Source: a virus | Direction: 5' to 3' (one strand) | Virus record (IMG/VR): IMGVR_UViG_3300032240_001872 | Location: 15,750-79,749 of that record | DNA length: 64,000 bases | Part shown: piece after piece, positions 19,806-29,670 of the stretch | How positions within the stretch are numbered: position 1 is the stretch's first letter | Layout of the letters: every line of letters starts with the position of its first letter | The notes under the pieces: model-generated | What the model saw: only the letters and a program-made list of their open reading frames with translations | Database searches by the model: none | Told to the model about the DNA's origin: nothing | Translations under genes and position numbers: made by a program

Positions 19806-20884
19806 GGATCAATCCATATATCTTCTCTACTTCGATATCTATAACGCTCGTTAACGGTATCCCATAATGGCATACCTTTGTTAATTGCGGCATCACGAAG
19901 CATTACTTGATGTAAAAAATTACTAATAGGCTTGTTTGGCACAAAGTCACACCAAGGGCCGCATCGTAGTTCTTCCATGTCAATAGTCTTAGGATCACTC
20001 CATTGTATCAGCCTGTGGGTGATACCGTTGATCTTAACCATGTAGTGATACAAGTTATCATCTCCAGGGATCTTTTCCCAAGTCCATCCTCGACTATCAG
20101 CATAGTCTTTAATAGATTTTACATGGTCACTTAGATAGTAGCGCGGTTCATCGGGACTACGACCAATATCGCTACCTGCACGTATACGATACTGATAAAC
20201 TCCATTACCAATACGCTGTATTTCTTCTAGTACTTCAGGTATGTGATTAACATCTTCTAAAGTGTATCCAACATAGTAGATAGTCATACCAGCGTCTTTG
20301 CAATTTTGTATACCTTGCAGTTGCTTCTTATGTACAGTTTTACCTTGATAAGAATGATGATTAAGTCCAATCATTACAGATCGTGCGCCTGCTTGTTTAA
20401 TTTCGTTTACCCAACTTGCATCAGACAATTTAACCCCATTAGTAAGTATGGTGATATCTTGATGTAGTCTACCTAATTGTTGTTGCTGTTCAGTTATTTT
20501 AGATATTAGATTAGGTAAGTCTTTTCTAAGTGTAGGTTCTGCTCCTGCAAGGATAACACTACCTACATCATCTGGCCAACTGGCTATTTGTGCTAATATA
20601 AGATCAATAGGCTTGTCTGTTGTAGCATTCTCTGGTTCGTGATAGCAATGCGGGCACTTAAGATTACATCTATCAGTTACTTCAATTAACACTCCGCTAG
20701 GGGTATCGTAGCCTCTAGCATCATATACCAAAGACTTATAAAATTCTGCATCTCTTTCGATCATGTATTCAACTGTGCCGTGTTCTGAGCAAGTTTTACG
20801 CATCCATACAGAATCGTCTCTTTCAAACTTTTCAGCTGGGACGTGCCTATAGCAATGCTCGCATAATGATACTGTTATTTCCAT
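19802..20884 (-). CDS. radical SAM protein with N-terminal CxxC...CxxH metal-binding domain (Tes/MJ0619-like architecture)
   Basis: TVSLCEHC...KTCSEHG; IEVTDRCNLKCPHC; AGAEPT; LTNG. Confidence 0.85.
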   Translation of the reverse strand: MEITVSLCEHCYRHVPAEKFERDDSVWMRKTCSEHGTVEYMIERDAEFYKSLVYDARGYDTPSGVLIEVTDRCNLKCPHCYHEPENATTDKPIDLILAQIASWPDDVGSVILAGAEPTLRKDLPNLISKITEQQQQLGRLHQDITILTNGVKLSDASWVNEIKQAGARSVMIGLNHHSYQGKTVHKKQLQGIQNCKDAGMTIYYVGYTLEDVNHIPEVLEEIQRIGNGVYQYRIRAGSDIGRSPDEPRYYLSDHVKSIKDYADSRGWTWEKIPGDDNLYHYMVKINGITHRLIQWSDPKTIDMEELRCGPWCDFVPNKPISNFLHQVMLRDAAINKGMPLWDTVNERYRYRSREDIWIDP

Positions 20885-21417
20885 CTTGGACCTTTTAATA
20901 GTTGTTCTAAGAATACATCTTTATTTAAGCGCCAAAAAGTTTGTATATGACCTCTGTAGAACTTGGTATCTGCAAGAGTCAGGCAACCAGTTAATTCTAA
21001 TGCTGGACCCCAAACAGTATGTACTAATCGCTGTGTGCCTATTTCACTAGGATGCGTAGTAATGTACATATCGTGGTCGCCTACCCATTCAACACATTGT
21101 GGTATGAAGAACTGTGCTGTTACATTTTGATGTGACGTAATGCCTTCTCTAGTACGTAAATGATGCAATGGCATCATGTCTGTAAATGCACAAGTTCTTG
21201 CACAGATTCTATATCCGCCATCGTCTAGTGAATGTGCGCCTACACTGCCTACGGCTGTATTGTTGTAGTAAAGAATCCACACGCACCACTCACGTTCATT
21301 ACGAAAGCAATCTACCATGGCTTTTTGGCTAGAGTTGTTAGTAAAACCCCGGCGGTCAGCTTCTGCATAGAAGTCTGTCAAATCTAAATCTTCAGACCAC
21401 GGTATTAGTTTATACAT
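20875..21417 (-). CDS. hypothetical protein, possibly GNAT-like
   Basis: WILYYNNTAVGSVGAH...YRICAR beta-strand pattern resembles the GNAT core. Confidence 0.45.
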   Translation of the reverse strand: MYKLIPWSEDLDLTDFYAEADRRGFTNNSSQKAMVDCFRNEREWCVWILYYNNTAVGSVGAHSLDDGGYRICARTCAFTDMMPLHHLRTREGITSHQNVTAQFFIPQCVEWVGDHDMYITTHPSEIGTQRLVHTVWGPALELTGCLTLADTKFYRGHIQTFWRLNKDVFLEQLLKGPRWK

Positions 21418-22082
21418 TTTTCAATAAAGTCCGCAGGATAATGTGTTCTAAAACTTTCCCAACACAAGCGATCAAAAGTAGTCCACGGAGCAGGTGCATT
21501 CCAGTCTATGTTTAGACCTATTAGGTACTTCTTCATCTCTTCCTGTCGTCCAGTATGAATATGGCTTTGCACACTACTAACAGTTATGTTAGGTTCATCC
21601 CTGTGATATGTAAAAAAATAATTAATGCTCTTTAATTTACCGTCAACTATAAAATAGCTACTAGGATGCATACTATATTTGTGTAGTCCCAAATGTTTAT
21701 GGGCTTGAATGATTTCAAACATCTGGTCTTGCCAGCCGGGTAATACTTTATCAAAGGTACAGTTGTTATCTAAACTTCTTTGCCAAAGATCATGTCCGTC
21801 AACCTTGAGGTAAATCTTTTTAGACTTATAATCTATATCTAATATTTGCGGAACAAGATTAGGATATGCGCCACGCATCAGTGATAGATACTTTACCTCC
21901 CTTTCCCACTTTTCCTCCATCACATCGGAATCTACTACTTGGTTTTGACCCTTGTGATATTCAGTGTCGTTATTGTACCATTGAACAAAAACTTCTTGGT
22001 CAGTAGACATCAAACTGGTGTAAATTAGGTTATTCCGCCATTGATTTCCAGCGAACCTATTATAGTAGTATTCATATTGCAT
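21405..22082 (-). CDS. protein-kinase-like (phosphotransferase fold) protein with degenerate catalytic motifs
   Basis: WEREVKYL, VPQILDID, HKHLGLHKYSMHPSSYFIVDGKLKSINYF. Confidence 0.55.
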   Translation of the reverse strand: MQYEYYYNRFAGNQWRNNLIYTSLMSTDQEVFVQWYNNDTEYHKGQNQVVDSDVMEEKWEREVKYLSLMRGAYPNLVPQILDIDYKSKKIYLKVDGHDLWQRSLDNNCTFDKVLPGWQDQMFEIIQAHKHLGLHKYSMHPSSYFIVDGKLKSINYFFTYHRDEPNITVSSVQSHIHTGRQEEMKKYLIGLNIDWNAPAPWTTFDRLCWESFRTHYPADFIEKCIN

Positions 22083-22116
22083 AAAAGATAATTATCATTA
22101 TACAGAACGGTACACC

Positions 22117-22920
22117 ATGATAAAAGGAATTAACAATCAGCCCTACGTCGACATGACTCCATATATCAATATGGACGAGTTCGATCAACTACAGCCGGAA
22201 ATTATCCGAGGGTTTGCAGAAGCTAGAGAGTTTGCTAAGGAAGGCACTTGGATGAAACCAGGTTTCAGTTTTAACAATATGAGCTACAAACTACACTGGA
22301 AACCTATATACCAAGCCATGGAAGAATTTATGGAATTACCAAAAGATGATCCTGTCTATCTAGGTGGTATAGATCTTTTTAGAGATTTCAAAGACTACAA
22401 ACAACGCAACAAGTTCACACGATACTTGAAAATGGCCATGGGTGCTTATGATCCTTATATATACTATTTCTTATGGGGAGAAGGATCGTGGGATGATAGA
22501 ACTGCCGCACGTAAACTAACTGAAGAGGCACAATACTTCCCTAATGTAGTCAAATGGGTAGAAGATCTAATTACCTTAGGTATATTTGAACATATAGGCC
22601 GTGTTATATTCTTCCACTGTGAAGCAGATGGCATACCATTTGAACATAGAGATTTAGATGCCAAGAACGGAGTTGATGTTGTTAAACCTCACCGTAATGA
22701 ATTTATACACATACGACCTAACACAAAGAAAGCATTTTATCTTTGGGATCCAGAGTCCAAGAACAAAACATATCTTAATACTCGTGCCGCATGGTGGAAT
22801 GACGTTGACTGGCATGGCGGCGAACGCATTATGGAACAAAGTTATAGTTTACGTATCGATGGTAAGTTTACAGAAGCATTTCGTAAAAAGTTAGGTATTA
22901 GTCATTTGGAGAATTATTAA
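22117..22920 (+). CDS. 2OG-Fe(II) oxygenase-like protein
   Basis: EHRD, DWHGG, SLRIDG. Confidence 0.6.
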   Translation: MIKGINNQPYVDMTPYINMDEFDQLQPEIIRGFAEAREFAKEGTWMKPGFSFNNMSYKLHWKPIYQAMEEFMELPKDDPVYLGGIDLFRDFKDYKQRNKFTRYLKMAMGAYDPYIYYFLWGEGSWDDRTAARKLTEEAQYFPNVVKWVEDLITLGIFEHIGRVIFFHCEADGIPFEHRDLDAKNGVDVVKPHRNEFIHIRPNTKKAFYLWDPESKNKTYLNTRAAWWNDVDWHGGERIMEQSYSLRIDGKFTEAFRKKLGISHLENY

Positions 22921-22921
22921 T

Positions 22922-23548
22922 ATGATGAGTGAGAATTGGATTCCTGTTGAGCGTGGAGTTTACAGTCTTTATAAGAGCATAGACAATAAGTTCCTTTGTC
23001 AGGCATACGAAAATACGGAAAAGTACGGAATGATGCTTATGAGAAGTTGTTTTATTCGCGACTTAAATCTAATCGACGTGTGTTCTCCAATCGCTCAGTA
23101 TCCTTGGTGCGCAGAGTTTGCAGATGAGACTAGGGACGGATATAAAATATTCTTGCACTTTGACGGAATTCTATGTCAGGAGATACTAGATCGTGGAGAA
23201 AAATTAGAGGACTATTGTCCAGATTGGAAACAGCAACTAGAACAGATGTGTGCAGACTTACACAAAGAAGGTATCTGTAAGTTGTCAATGTATACAAAAT
23301 GTTTCTTTATTGATAGTAACAAACAACTCAAGGCATTTGGACATTTTTCAACTTCTAGGTATCTAGAACAACCAATGCATATGGAAATGTATATGCCTCT
23401 GTTTAACGATGAACGTAGTGCAATGGTAAAACAACTAATGGTAGGAAGCACATTAGATATGAGATTGCTAAGAGAAAAAGCCTTTAATGAGTATATTAAA
23501 TGGCCCGACGATGTACTTCCAGAAATTTATAAGAAAGTATTTCTATGA
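22922..23548 (+). CDS. kinase-like protein, paralog of 21405-22082
   Basis: PDWKQQL...LHKEGICKLSMYTKCFFIDSNKQLKAFGHF aligns by eye with the paralog. Confidence 0.5.
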   Translation: MMSENWIPVERGVYSLYKSIDNKFLCQAYENTEKYGMMLMRSCFIRDLNLIDVCSPIAQYPWCAEFADETRDGYKIFLHFDGILCQEILDRGEKLEDYCPDWKQQLEQMCADLHKEGICKLSMYTKCFFIDSNKQLKAFGHFSTSRYLEQPMHMEMYMPLFNDERSAMVKQLMVGSTLDMRLLREKAFNEYIKWPDDVLPEIYKKVFL

Positions 23549-24607
23549 TTTTTGTACATTCTTATACATAGAGAACTGTACGTCTTGTTTTCCACACACT
23601 CCAGAACACACCAATAATCTTCCAGTATCGAACTTCTTCTGCCACGACTCTACAAGAGCCTGATAGAAAGATCCATTTAGTATATCATTCCAATCGGTGT
23701 TGTTTAGATTAATTTTATCGGCGCCGTGAGTAGTCCATAGATCATGGTATCCGTCAACGTCATCTACTTTTAATGTAAATTTTGCACCAGCAAGATAGCA
23801 ACACGGAAGCAAGTGACCTTCTGCATCTATATACGCTTCAAAGGTTTCTTGTGCTTGACATTTAATACACGTCTTCTCTGCAGACGCTAACCATTCTATT
23901 TGCGTAGTTGGAACTGGTTTATCTCTTCGAAGTAACGGAGATATCTTATCTTCAGTTTTTGGAGGGCGCAGTGGTAGACCGTTACCACCTAGTGTTTCTG
24001 GTCTACCAAACATTTCTTCAACTAAGAATCTATTATTGTAAATTGTATAAAAATTTTTAAATCCTAGTTCAATTGACAGTTGTTTTGCTTGTTCAATTTG
24101 AGATTCGTTATGTTCAAATACTATAAACTGCCACCAGGCTCGGCCGCCCGTATTAATAAACGATTCGACATTGTTTATAAGTTTATTCCAACGAACATTG
24201 ACTCGGTATATGTAATTTGTATCTTCTAACCCGTCTATTCCAAATATTATAACATCATTGGGAAGTAGAGTTTTTCCTAATTCAGCCCACCATTCGGGAT
24301 TTTTCATCCCACCATTTGTTGCAATGACCAATTCTATATGTGGGTAATTCGTTTTGATATATTTGCATACTTCTATAAAATTAGGAGCGGTACAGGGATC
24401 ACCGACTGTTCCGCAAAAATTAATCTTTTGTAAATTTTCGTAGACTTTTTTAGGAATATTATTCTGATAAAACTCTATAGGCAAATATGTTTGATTAATC
24501 CGGCTATAATCACCATTCCACCACTCTCGCAAACATTGCGGACACGCGGCATTACACATACTACTATGTTCTATTTGAATTACTTTAACAGAATTATAAA
24601 AAGACAT
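23543..24607 (-). CDS. radical SAM/SPASM protein
   Basis: CNAACPQC, FCGTVGDP, TNGG, YIDAEGHLLPCC, CSGVCG. Confidence 0.9.
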   Translation of the reverse strand: MSFYNSVKVIQIEHSSMCNAACPQCLREWWNGDYSRINQTYLPIEFYQNNIPKKVYENLQKINFCGTVGDPCTAPNFIEVCKYIKTNYPHIELVIATNGGMKNPEWWAELGKTLLPNDVIIFGIDGLEDTNYIYRVNVRWNKLINNVESFINTGGRAWWQFIVFEHNESQIEQAKQLSIELGFKNFYTIYNNRFLVEEMFGRPETLGGNGLPLRPPKTEDKISPLLRRDKPVPTTQIEWLASAEKTCIKCQAQETFEAYIDAEGHLLPCCYLAGAKFTLKVDDVDGYHDLWTTHGADKINLNNTDWNDILNGSFYQALVESWQKKFDTGRLLVCSGVCGKQDVQFSMYKNVQKS

Positions 24608-25665
24608 TAGGGAAGTTTAAAATCTTTTATGCCAAGCAAATTAACGATTTCTGTAATTTCGTTTTTATATTGTTCTGCATAGTGTGGTTGTATATAAGGT
24701 TGCCACGCCGACTCTTGTAGATATGTATAGTCGTATTGGATTCTATATGCAAGCCTATTAGGGTTTGAACCTCCCAATCTTCGATGCATCACAATACTAT
24801 TATCAAACAACAATAAGTCTTGTTGATTTTCAGTATACCAATGATCGTATGTATATTGTTCTTGGCATAATTCTTCCCATAGCCATTTAATAAATTTATT
24901 ACTCTCTACATCAGTCATGCCTTTTATCCTGCCAACTTTTTCTAATGACAGGTGTATTCCCATATGGCCCGCAGGACTTCTAATTACTAACGGAACCTCA
25001 GTATCTTCAGTGCCGCATCCGCTATTATGGTAATACAGTATAGAAAGATCCCTAGTACCGCCAGGATTTAATGTTTCCATATCAAAGGTATGTAACAGTA
25101 CCATTTCGTTTAATTCGCTACGAAAACTTTCAGTTTGTTTTTCATACCAATCAGTTGTGGTGAGCCACCCAGTGGCTGAATCAACCATGTTTTCACCAGA
25201 CAATAATGCAACAGCAGGAGAAAAATGCAGGCGGCCACCTTCATTGCTGTGCCATCCTAATTGGCCCGAGCCAAATAATCCAAGAGATGCTCCGTCTTCG
25301 GCAAATCGACCAGTTACCCTTACAACTTGCCCGTCATGTATTGTCCGGAGAGCTTTCCGTAAGTACGTTTTATGTGCTTCACTTAATAGATCGCTATCTT
25401 TCCTTAATTGTTCAGAAACCCATTCCATTCCTTGAGGGTATGCTTTTGTTAATTCAGCAGAGACTGAAAATCTAGGCTCCCCCCACTTGGCCATCCATTT
25501 TTGATATTTGTCTAAGGGCATATTAGTATTGCGTATGACAGTAACAAGATTATCTAAATGTAATTTGCCAATTTCCATCCATTCATCTTGTGTGAGGTTT
25601 TCAAAGTCTACGTCGTCAATATAAATTCCAAATCTACCGCATCCCGGCATTTTACTTACTTTCAT
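24607..25665 (-). CDS. TauD/TfdA-family dioxygenase
   Basis: GLFGSGQLGWHSNE; YDHWY...DLLLFDNSIVMHRR; RLAYR. Confidence 0.8.
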   Translation of the reverse strand: MKVSKMPGCGRFGIYIDDVDFENLTQDEWMEIGKLHLDNLVTVIRNTNMPLDKYQKWMAKWGEPRFSVSAELTKAYPQGMEWVSEQLRKDSDLLSEAHKTYLRKALRTIHDGQVVRVTGRFAEDGASLGLFGSGQLGWHSNEGGRLHFSPAVALLSGENMVDSATGWLTTTDWYEKQTESFRSELNEMVLLHTFDMETLNPGGTRDLSILYYHNSGCGTEDTEVPLVIRSPAGHMGIHLSLEKVGRIKGMTDVESNKFIKWLWEELCQEQYTYDHWYTENQQDLLLFDNSIVMHRRLGGSNPNRLAYRIQYDYTYLQESAWQPYIQPHYAEQYKNEITEIVNLLGIKDFKLP

Positions 25666-26293
25666 TATTTCCTCCGTATATTAATGCAACTTGAAAATAG
25701 TCAGGGTTACCATCAAATTGCATATTATAGTTATTATCCTTAATTTGTTCTTTCAATTCTTCTATAGAAAATGCCGCAAGCAGAGAATTGTAAAAATCTC
25801 GTTTAAATATTTCCGGATCTTGTCCGTTTATCATTTCTACGATAGCATCTGCAACTTCTATACTTTGTGGCCTAATAATATCCATAACTAGAATTTTATC
25901 TGATATTGATTTTATTGCATCCCATAAGACCGCTGGATCATGTAAATGGTGTAGAGTGTTGATTGATATTGCACAATCAGCAGTATCTTCTATATCAGCA
26001 AACTGTTTGCATATAACTGTGATGTTATATCCCTGTATATTCTTTTCTGCTTGCTTGATCATGTTAGGACTACCGTCATAGCCTACTATAACTAATTTTG
26101 GATATTTTTTAGCCAATGCAACTAGATAATCAGCAGTTCCGCACCCAAGGTCGACAATTTTTCCTTCAGTTATATTGATATTTTTTTCGTAATAATTTAA
26201 GAATCCCTCAATTCCAAATTCTTTATTTCCTGCGTTGTATGCCGCAACTTGATCAACGTCATCCATTAACTCGGGTTCTATAATACGTTGCAT
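25652..26293 (-). CDS. class I SAM-dependent methyltransferase
   Basis: IEPELMD, IVDLGCGT, YDGSPNM, NTLHHLHDP. Confidence 0.88.
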   Translation of the reverse strand: MQRIIEPELMDDVDQVAAYNAGNKEFGIEGFLNYYEKNINITEGKIVDLGCGTADYLVALAKKYPKLVIVGYDGSPNMIKQAEKNIQGYNITVICKQFADIEDTADCAISINTLHHLHDPAVLWDAIKSISDKILVMDIIRPQSIEVADAIVEMINGQDPEIFKRDFYNSLLAAFSIEELKEQIKDNNYNMQFDGNPDYFQVALIYGGNNESK

Positions 26294-26886
26294 ATATTAG
26301 CACCTATCATAATTCGATCCTGGATTGCATTGTTAGGCAATGTTTTGTGATTTAGGTATCCCGGAAACAATATTAAGTCACCTGTTTTAACAGGAACATG
26401 GTATTCCCAAAATTCTGGATGATTCCTAACCAAGTCCATATCATATGGTTGATGTTTCATCAGGGCCATCATAGGATGTTCAAATACTAAATTACCACCA
26501 TTATCCGGCTGTTGTAGATAAAAACTTGCAATCATTTGTACAGGACTGTGAGCATGCACATCTATGAATGATCCAGTTTTATATACATTCGTCCACATTT
26601 CAAAAACACTAGGCTGTTGTAATGGAGAATATCCTAAATCTTTCCAATATATGTGAGAATGTTCTTCGATAAATTTTACTAGGGATTTAAATTTAGTTTG
26701 AGTATGCAGGTCTCTAGATGTGTTATATGAACACAAACCGTCTCCCCTCATAAATTCTTGATTGTTCTCTTTGGCAGAACTATAAGATTTTTCAAGTAGT
26801 ACATTTACTGTGTCTAACATTGACTGGCAATCAAAACCGCTAGATACATGATATATTTTAGTTGGAAATATGTTGATCGTACTCAT
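26278..26886 (-). CDS. putative 2OG-Fe(II) oxygenase (TIGR02466-like)
   Basis: WTNVY...HAH, GGNLVF, GDLILFPGYLNH, RIMIGAN. Confidence 0.8.
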   Translation of the reverse strand: MSTINIFPTKIYHVSSGFDCQSMLDTVNVLLEKSYSSAKENNQEFMRGDGLCSYNTSRDLHTQTKFKSLVKFIEEHSHIYWKDLGYSPLQQPSVFEMWTNVYKTGSFIDVHAHSPVQMIASFYLQQPDNGGNLVFEHPMMALMKHQPYDMDLVRNHPEFWEYHVPVKTGDLILFPGYLNHKTLPNNAIQDRIMIGANICNVL

Positions 26887-28361
26887 TTTTCTAATTTTTT
26901 CTTTTTATATTCTTTTTCAGGCTCTCTAGTGCTCATCGGTTGCTGTGTGAAATCGATCTTCATTATCTCTTCCATGCTTAGACCGTAAAACGCATGATCA
27001 CTAAACGCATACATTGAAATACCCATTTGTATTTTTTTATCAATAACTTTTCGATAGAAGTCATTACTTATTCTACAAGCGTCAGCGAAACTCATATTAT
27101 CGTTAGCCCAATTCATATTTGATATACCGTGTTTGATACGAGTAATTGATCCCATTGCTTCCCATTCGGGTGGAGGAGGTGGCGGTTCTTCTGTGCCTTC
27201 TCTGTATCCGTATTTTTCAAAGTCTTTAGATATAAGGCTCAACACATCTTGCTTTGGGTCTAACGGAATTTCTAATGGCCAGACGTGTATTGATTCACCT
27301 TGCCAGTTGTCTTCAATCCATTGTAATGTCTTTGTTTGACTATCGATCGTTTCGTGTGGTAATCCAACAACAATGCCCATTGAGGATCTATAGTGTCCCC
27401 TAGCTTTAAAATATTCTCTGGCTTCTATTAGGCCTGCTTGTAACTTCTCAGGGTTCATGCCTTTACCAATGGCTTTGGCAGTAGCGGCATTCATTGTTTC
27501 TACACCATAGAAGTGTCCAAAGAACCCCAGTCTAGCCATTGGATCCCAGTCTTGCTTCCTTGCTACCATTAGGTCAGCACGGATGAATCCAGAGAAGTAT
27601 GTATCAAATGATAACTGGTCAGCAATATCTGCAAACTTCTGTATCTTTTCTGTACGATCATTAAATGTTTCGTCAGCAACATAATAATTACTTACTCCCC
27701 ATCGATCATAATTATCCCGCATTTCTATTCCAAAGTCCTCAGCATCTCGACTATAGTCTCCTTTAACTCCAAGTACTGGAAAATTACAATAGTCACATTG
27801 AAATTTACAACCTCTAGAAAATTCCACAGTTAACCATTCCCAGGGCTGTATGTAATCGCGGTCTTCATATATTACCTTAAGACTCTTCATAGGAAAACTA
27901 GGATATGATGTGTTGGCACTAATAACACGCTTTGCTCCAAAAAACAAAGGATCAAAAGCTATTTTAACTCCCGGGGTCCCTATCATATACTTTACTAATT
28001 CTAAGATAGCCATTTCACCGTACCCGTGAATGTAGTAATCAACACCCTTTGCTTCAATACGTGGCCGACTTTGCCCGCCAATTACTATCTTAACATGGGG
28101 AAACGTTAATGTGATCCAATCTATAAATTGATCCATTTCCGGAGTCCAGTATGCAAAGAAACTGCTGAAGCCTATAAAAATTGAGTTAGAGGTTATTCTT
28201 CGATGGCAAATTTCTTTTAGTTCTTCAAATTTCCAACTTGCGGCATATTCAATTACTTCGGCATCCCATCCTTGCTCACGCAAAAAGGATGCAATACGAT
28301 AAGGGCCAGACGGACGTCTTACTCCTAACCAATGAACGTTAAAAAACAAGGCATGGTGCAT
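26883..28361 (-). CDS. B12-binding-like radical SAM protein
   Basis: GPYRIASFLR..GW; EFSRGCKFQCDYC; DETFN; GVET; VVGLP. Confidence 0.85.
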   Translation of the reverse strand: MHHALFFNVHWLGVRRPSGPYRIASFLREQGWDAEVIEYAASWKFEELKEICHRRITSNSIFIGFSSFFAYWTPEMDQFIDWITLTFPHVKIVIGGQSRPRIEAKGVDYYIHGYGEMAILELVKYMIGTPGVKIAFDPLFFGAKRVISANTSYPSFPMKSLKVIYEDRDYIQPWEWLTVEFSRGCKFQCDYCNFPVLGVKGDYSRDAEDFGIEMRDNYDRWGVSNYYVADETFNDRTEKIQKFADIADQLSFDTYFSGFIRADLMVARKQDWDPMARLGFFGHFYGVETMNAATAKAIGKGMNPEKLQAGLIEAREYFKARGHYRSSMGIVVGLPHETIDSQTKTLQWIEDNWQGESIHVWPLEIPLDPKQDVLSLISKDFEKYGYREGTEEPPPPPPEWEAMGSITRIKHGISNMNWANDNMSFADACRISNDFYRKVIDKKIQMGISMYAFSDHAFYGLSMEEIMKIDFTQQPMSTREPEKEYKKKKLEK

Positions 28362-28362
28362 A

Positions 28363-28974
28363 TTACATCCTGTTAAGTAACGATAGACTGTATATGAAAC
28401 AATTAGATTTAATTGAATTAATCATAAATTCAACAGCATTTGTAACATCATCAACGTCTATTAATACTCCCCTCTTTTTAAAATCTTTATAATGTTCAAG
28501 TAAATTTTCTGGATCAATCCCATAGGGATTTTCAAAACCGGTTTCAACGATACCCAATAATAAACTCATGGCTTTACATTTACTGTCTCGTTGATCACAA
28601 ATATCAAATGTTTTTTGATTTAATCTGTGTTTTTCTTCCGCATAAGGAACTAGATGTGGCAATTTATTTGCAACGTCAAACATAGGATCTGACGCAAGAG
28701 TACTAACATTAATGATAAAATGCTCTTGACCGTTATGTATATTTTTCCAAAGTTCTGCAATCTTAGTCTGCTGGTCAAAATGATATGCATTGTTAATAAA
28801 GACATCGCAGTCACGAGTTTCGTCTAGAATACGTAGTATGTCTGTATCTTTTGAAATGTCATAACCGTTGGTTCTACTAAAGCCAACAACATCATAGGTT
28901 TCTGATAGTCGACTGAGCAAACTTTTACCAATTCCTTTAGTATGCCCAGTTATGGCAATCTTTTTAATGTTCAT
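28363..28974 (-). CDS. short-chain dehydrogenase/reductase
   Basis: AITGHTKGIG, FINNA, YAEEK (YxxxK); start at the second Met, 5 nt after TAAATA. Confidence 0.8.
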   Translation of the reverse strand: MNIKKIAITGHTKGIGKSLLSRLSETYDVVGFSRTNGYDISKDTDILRILDETRDCDVFINNAYHFDQQTKIAELWKNIHNGQEHFIINVSTLASDPMFDVANKLPHLVPYAEEKHRLNQKTFDICDQRDSKCKAMSLLLGIVETGFENPYGIDPENLLEHYKDFKKRGVLIDVDDVTNAVEFMINSIKSNCFIYSLSLLNRM

Positions 28975-29016
28975 ATTCATATTTACTTTATAAACTACTC
29001 AGTAAATACAGTCATG
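28972..29016. promoter_or_regulatory. back-to-back late promoters
   Basis: Minus strand TAAATA(28985-28980)-N5-ATG(28974); plus strand TAAATA(29003-29008)-N5-ATG(29014). Confidence 0.6.
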
Positions 29017-29670
29017 AGCGCATTAGAATACAAAGACTATCCCTTATTGCCAGATTGGTTAGAAGATCATCTTTATAATATACTTGAAGATCAACACTCT
29101 AGTGCGATTACCTATGACGACGATTTCAAAGAACGTATGCTTAAAGAAGCAGAAATGCTGATGGGTGGAGCAGATCAAGCAACACTAGATGCTATTGCAT
29201 TTTTAGACTATAATGAAGAAGATACTTTAGGCGGTCCATTTACTGATCCTAGCGCATATGAATTTTTTACTGAGAGACTGGCAAGATTTGATTTTATTCC
29301 AGTAGACCAGATCGTGATAGATTGGGTCACTGCAAATATACCAGAAAAGGTCATAGGTGTTAATTTACAAGTTATGCATAGCGGAGAAATAATTACTCCG
29401 CATATTGACGAACTGCGGCATTATGCATTGAACTATACATTAGAGCGCGGTGGCCATGTACGTACATGTTTTTATGAAGTTTTACCAGAATGGTCACATC
29501 AAAAAGCATACGCTAGAACATTAATACCATTTGGTAAACTTAAAGAGACACTATCGGAAGAGATTCCAGAAAGGCGTTGGCATAAACTAGATATACAGGT
29601 CATCCACGGTGTCTTAGATTTAGATCCAACTAAAAAGAGAATTGCATTAAGCGTAAGCATAAGCAGATGA
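29014..29670 (+). CDS. 2OG-Fe(II) oxygenase-like protein
   Basis: Start reassigned to 29014; PHID, ALNY, IHGV, RIALS. Confidence 0.65.
   Translation: MSALEYKDYPLLPDWLEDHLYNILEDQHSSAITYDDDFKERMLKEAEMLMGGADQATLDAIAFLDYNEEDTLGGPFTDPSAYEFFTERLARFDFIPVDQIVIDWVTANIPEKVIGVNLQVMHSGEIITPHIDELRHYALNYTLERGGHVRTCFYEVLPEWSHQKAYARTLIPFGKLKETLSEEIPERRWHKLDIQVIHGVLDLDPTKKRIALSVSISR

Noticed and set aside
27168-27186. Poly-Pro run (EEPPPPPPE) in a radical SAM gene
   Set aside because: Mixed codons and a short length suggest a loop insertion, not a slippage tract
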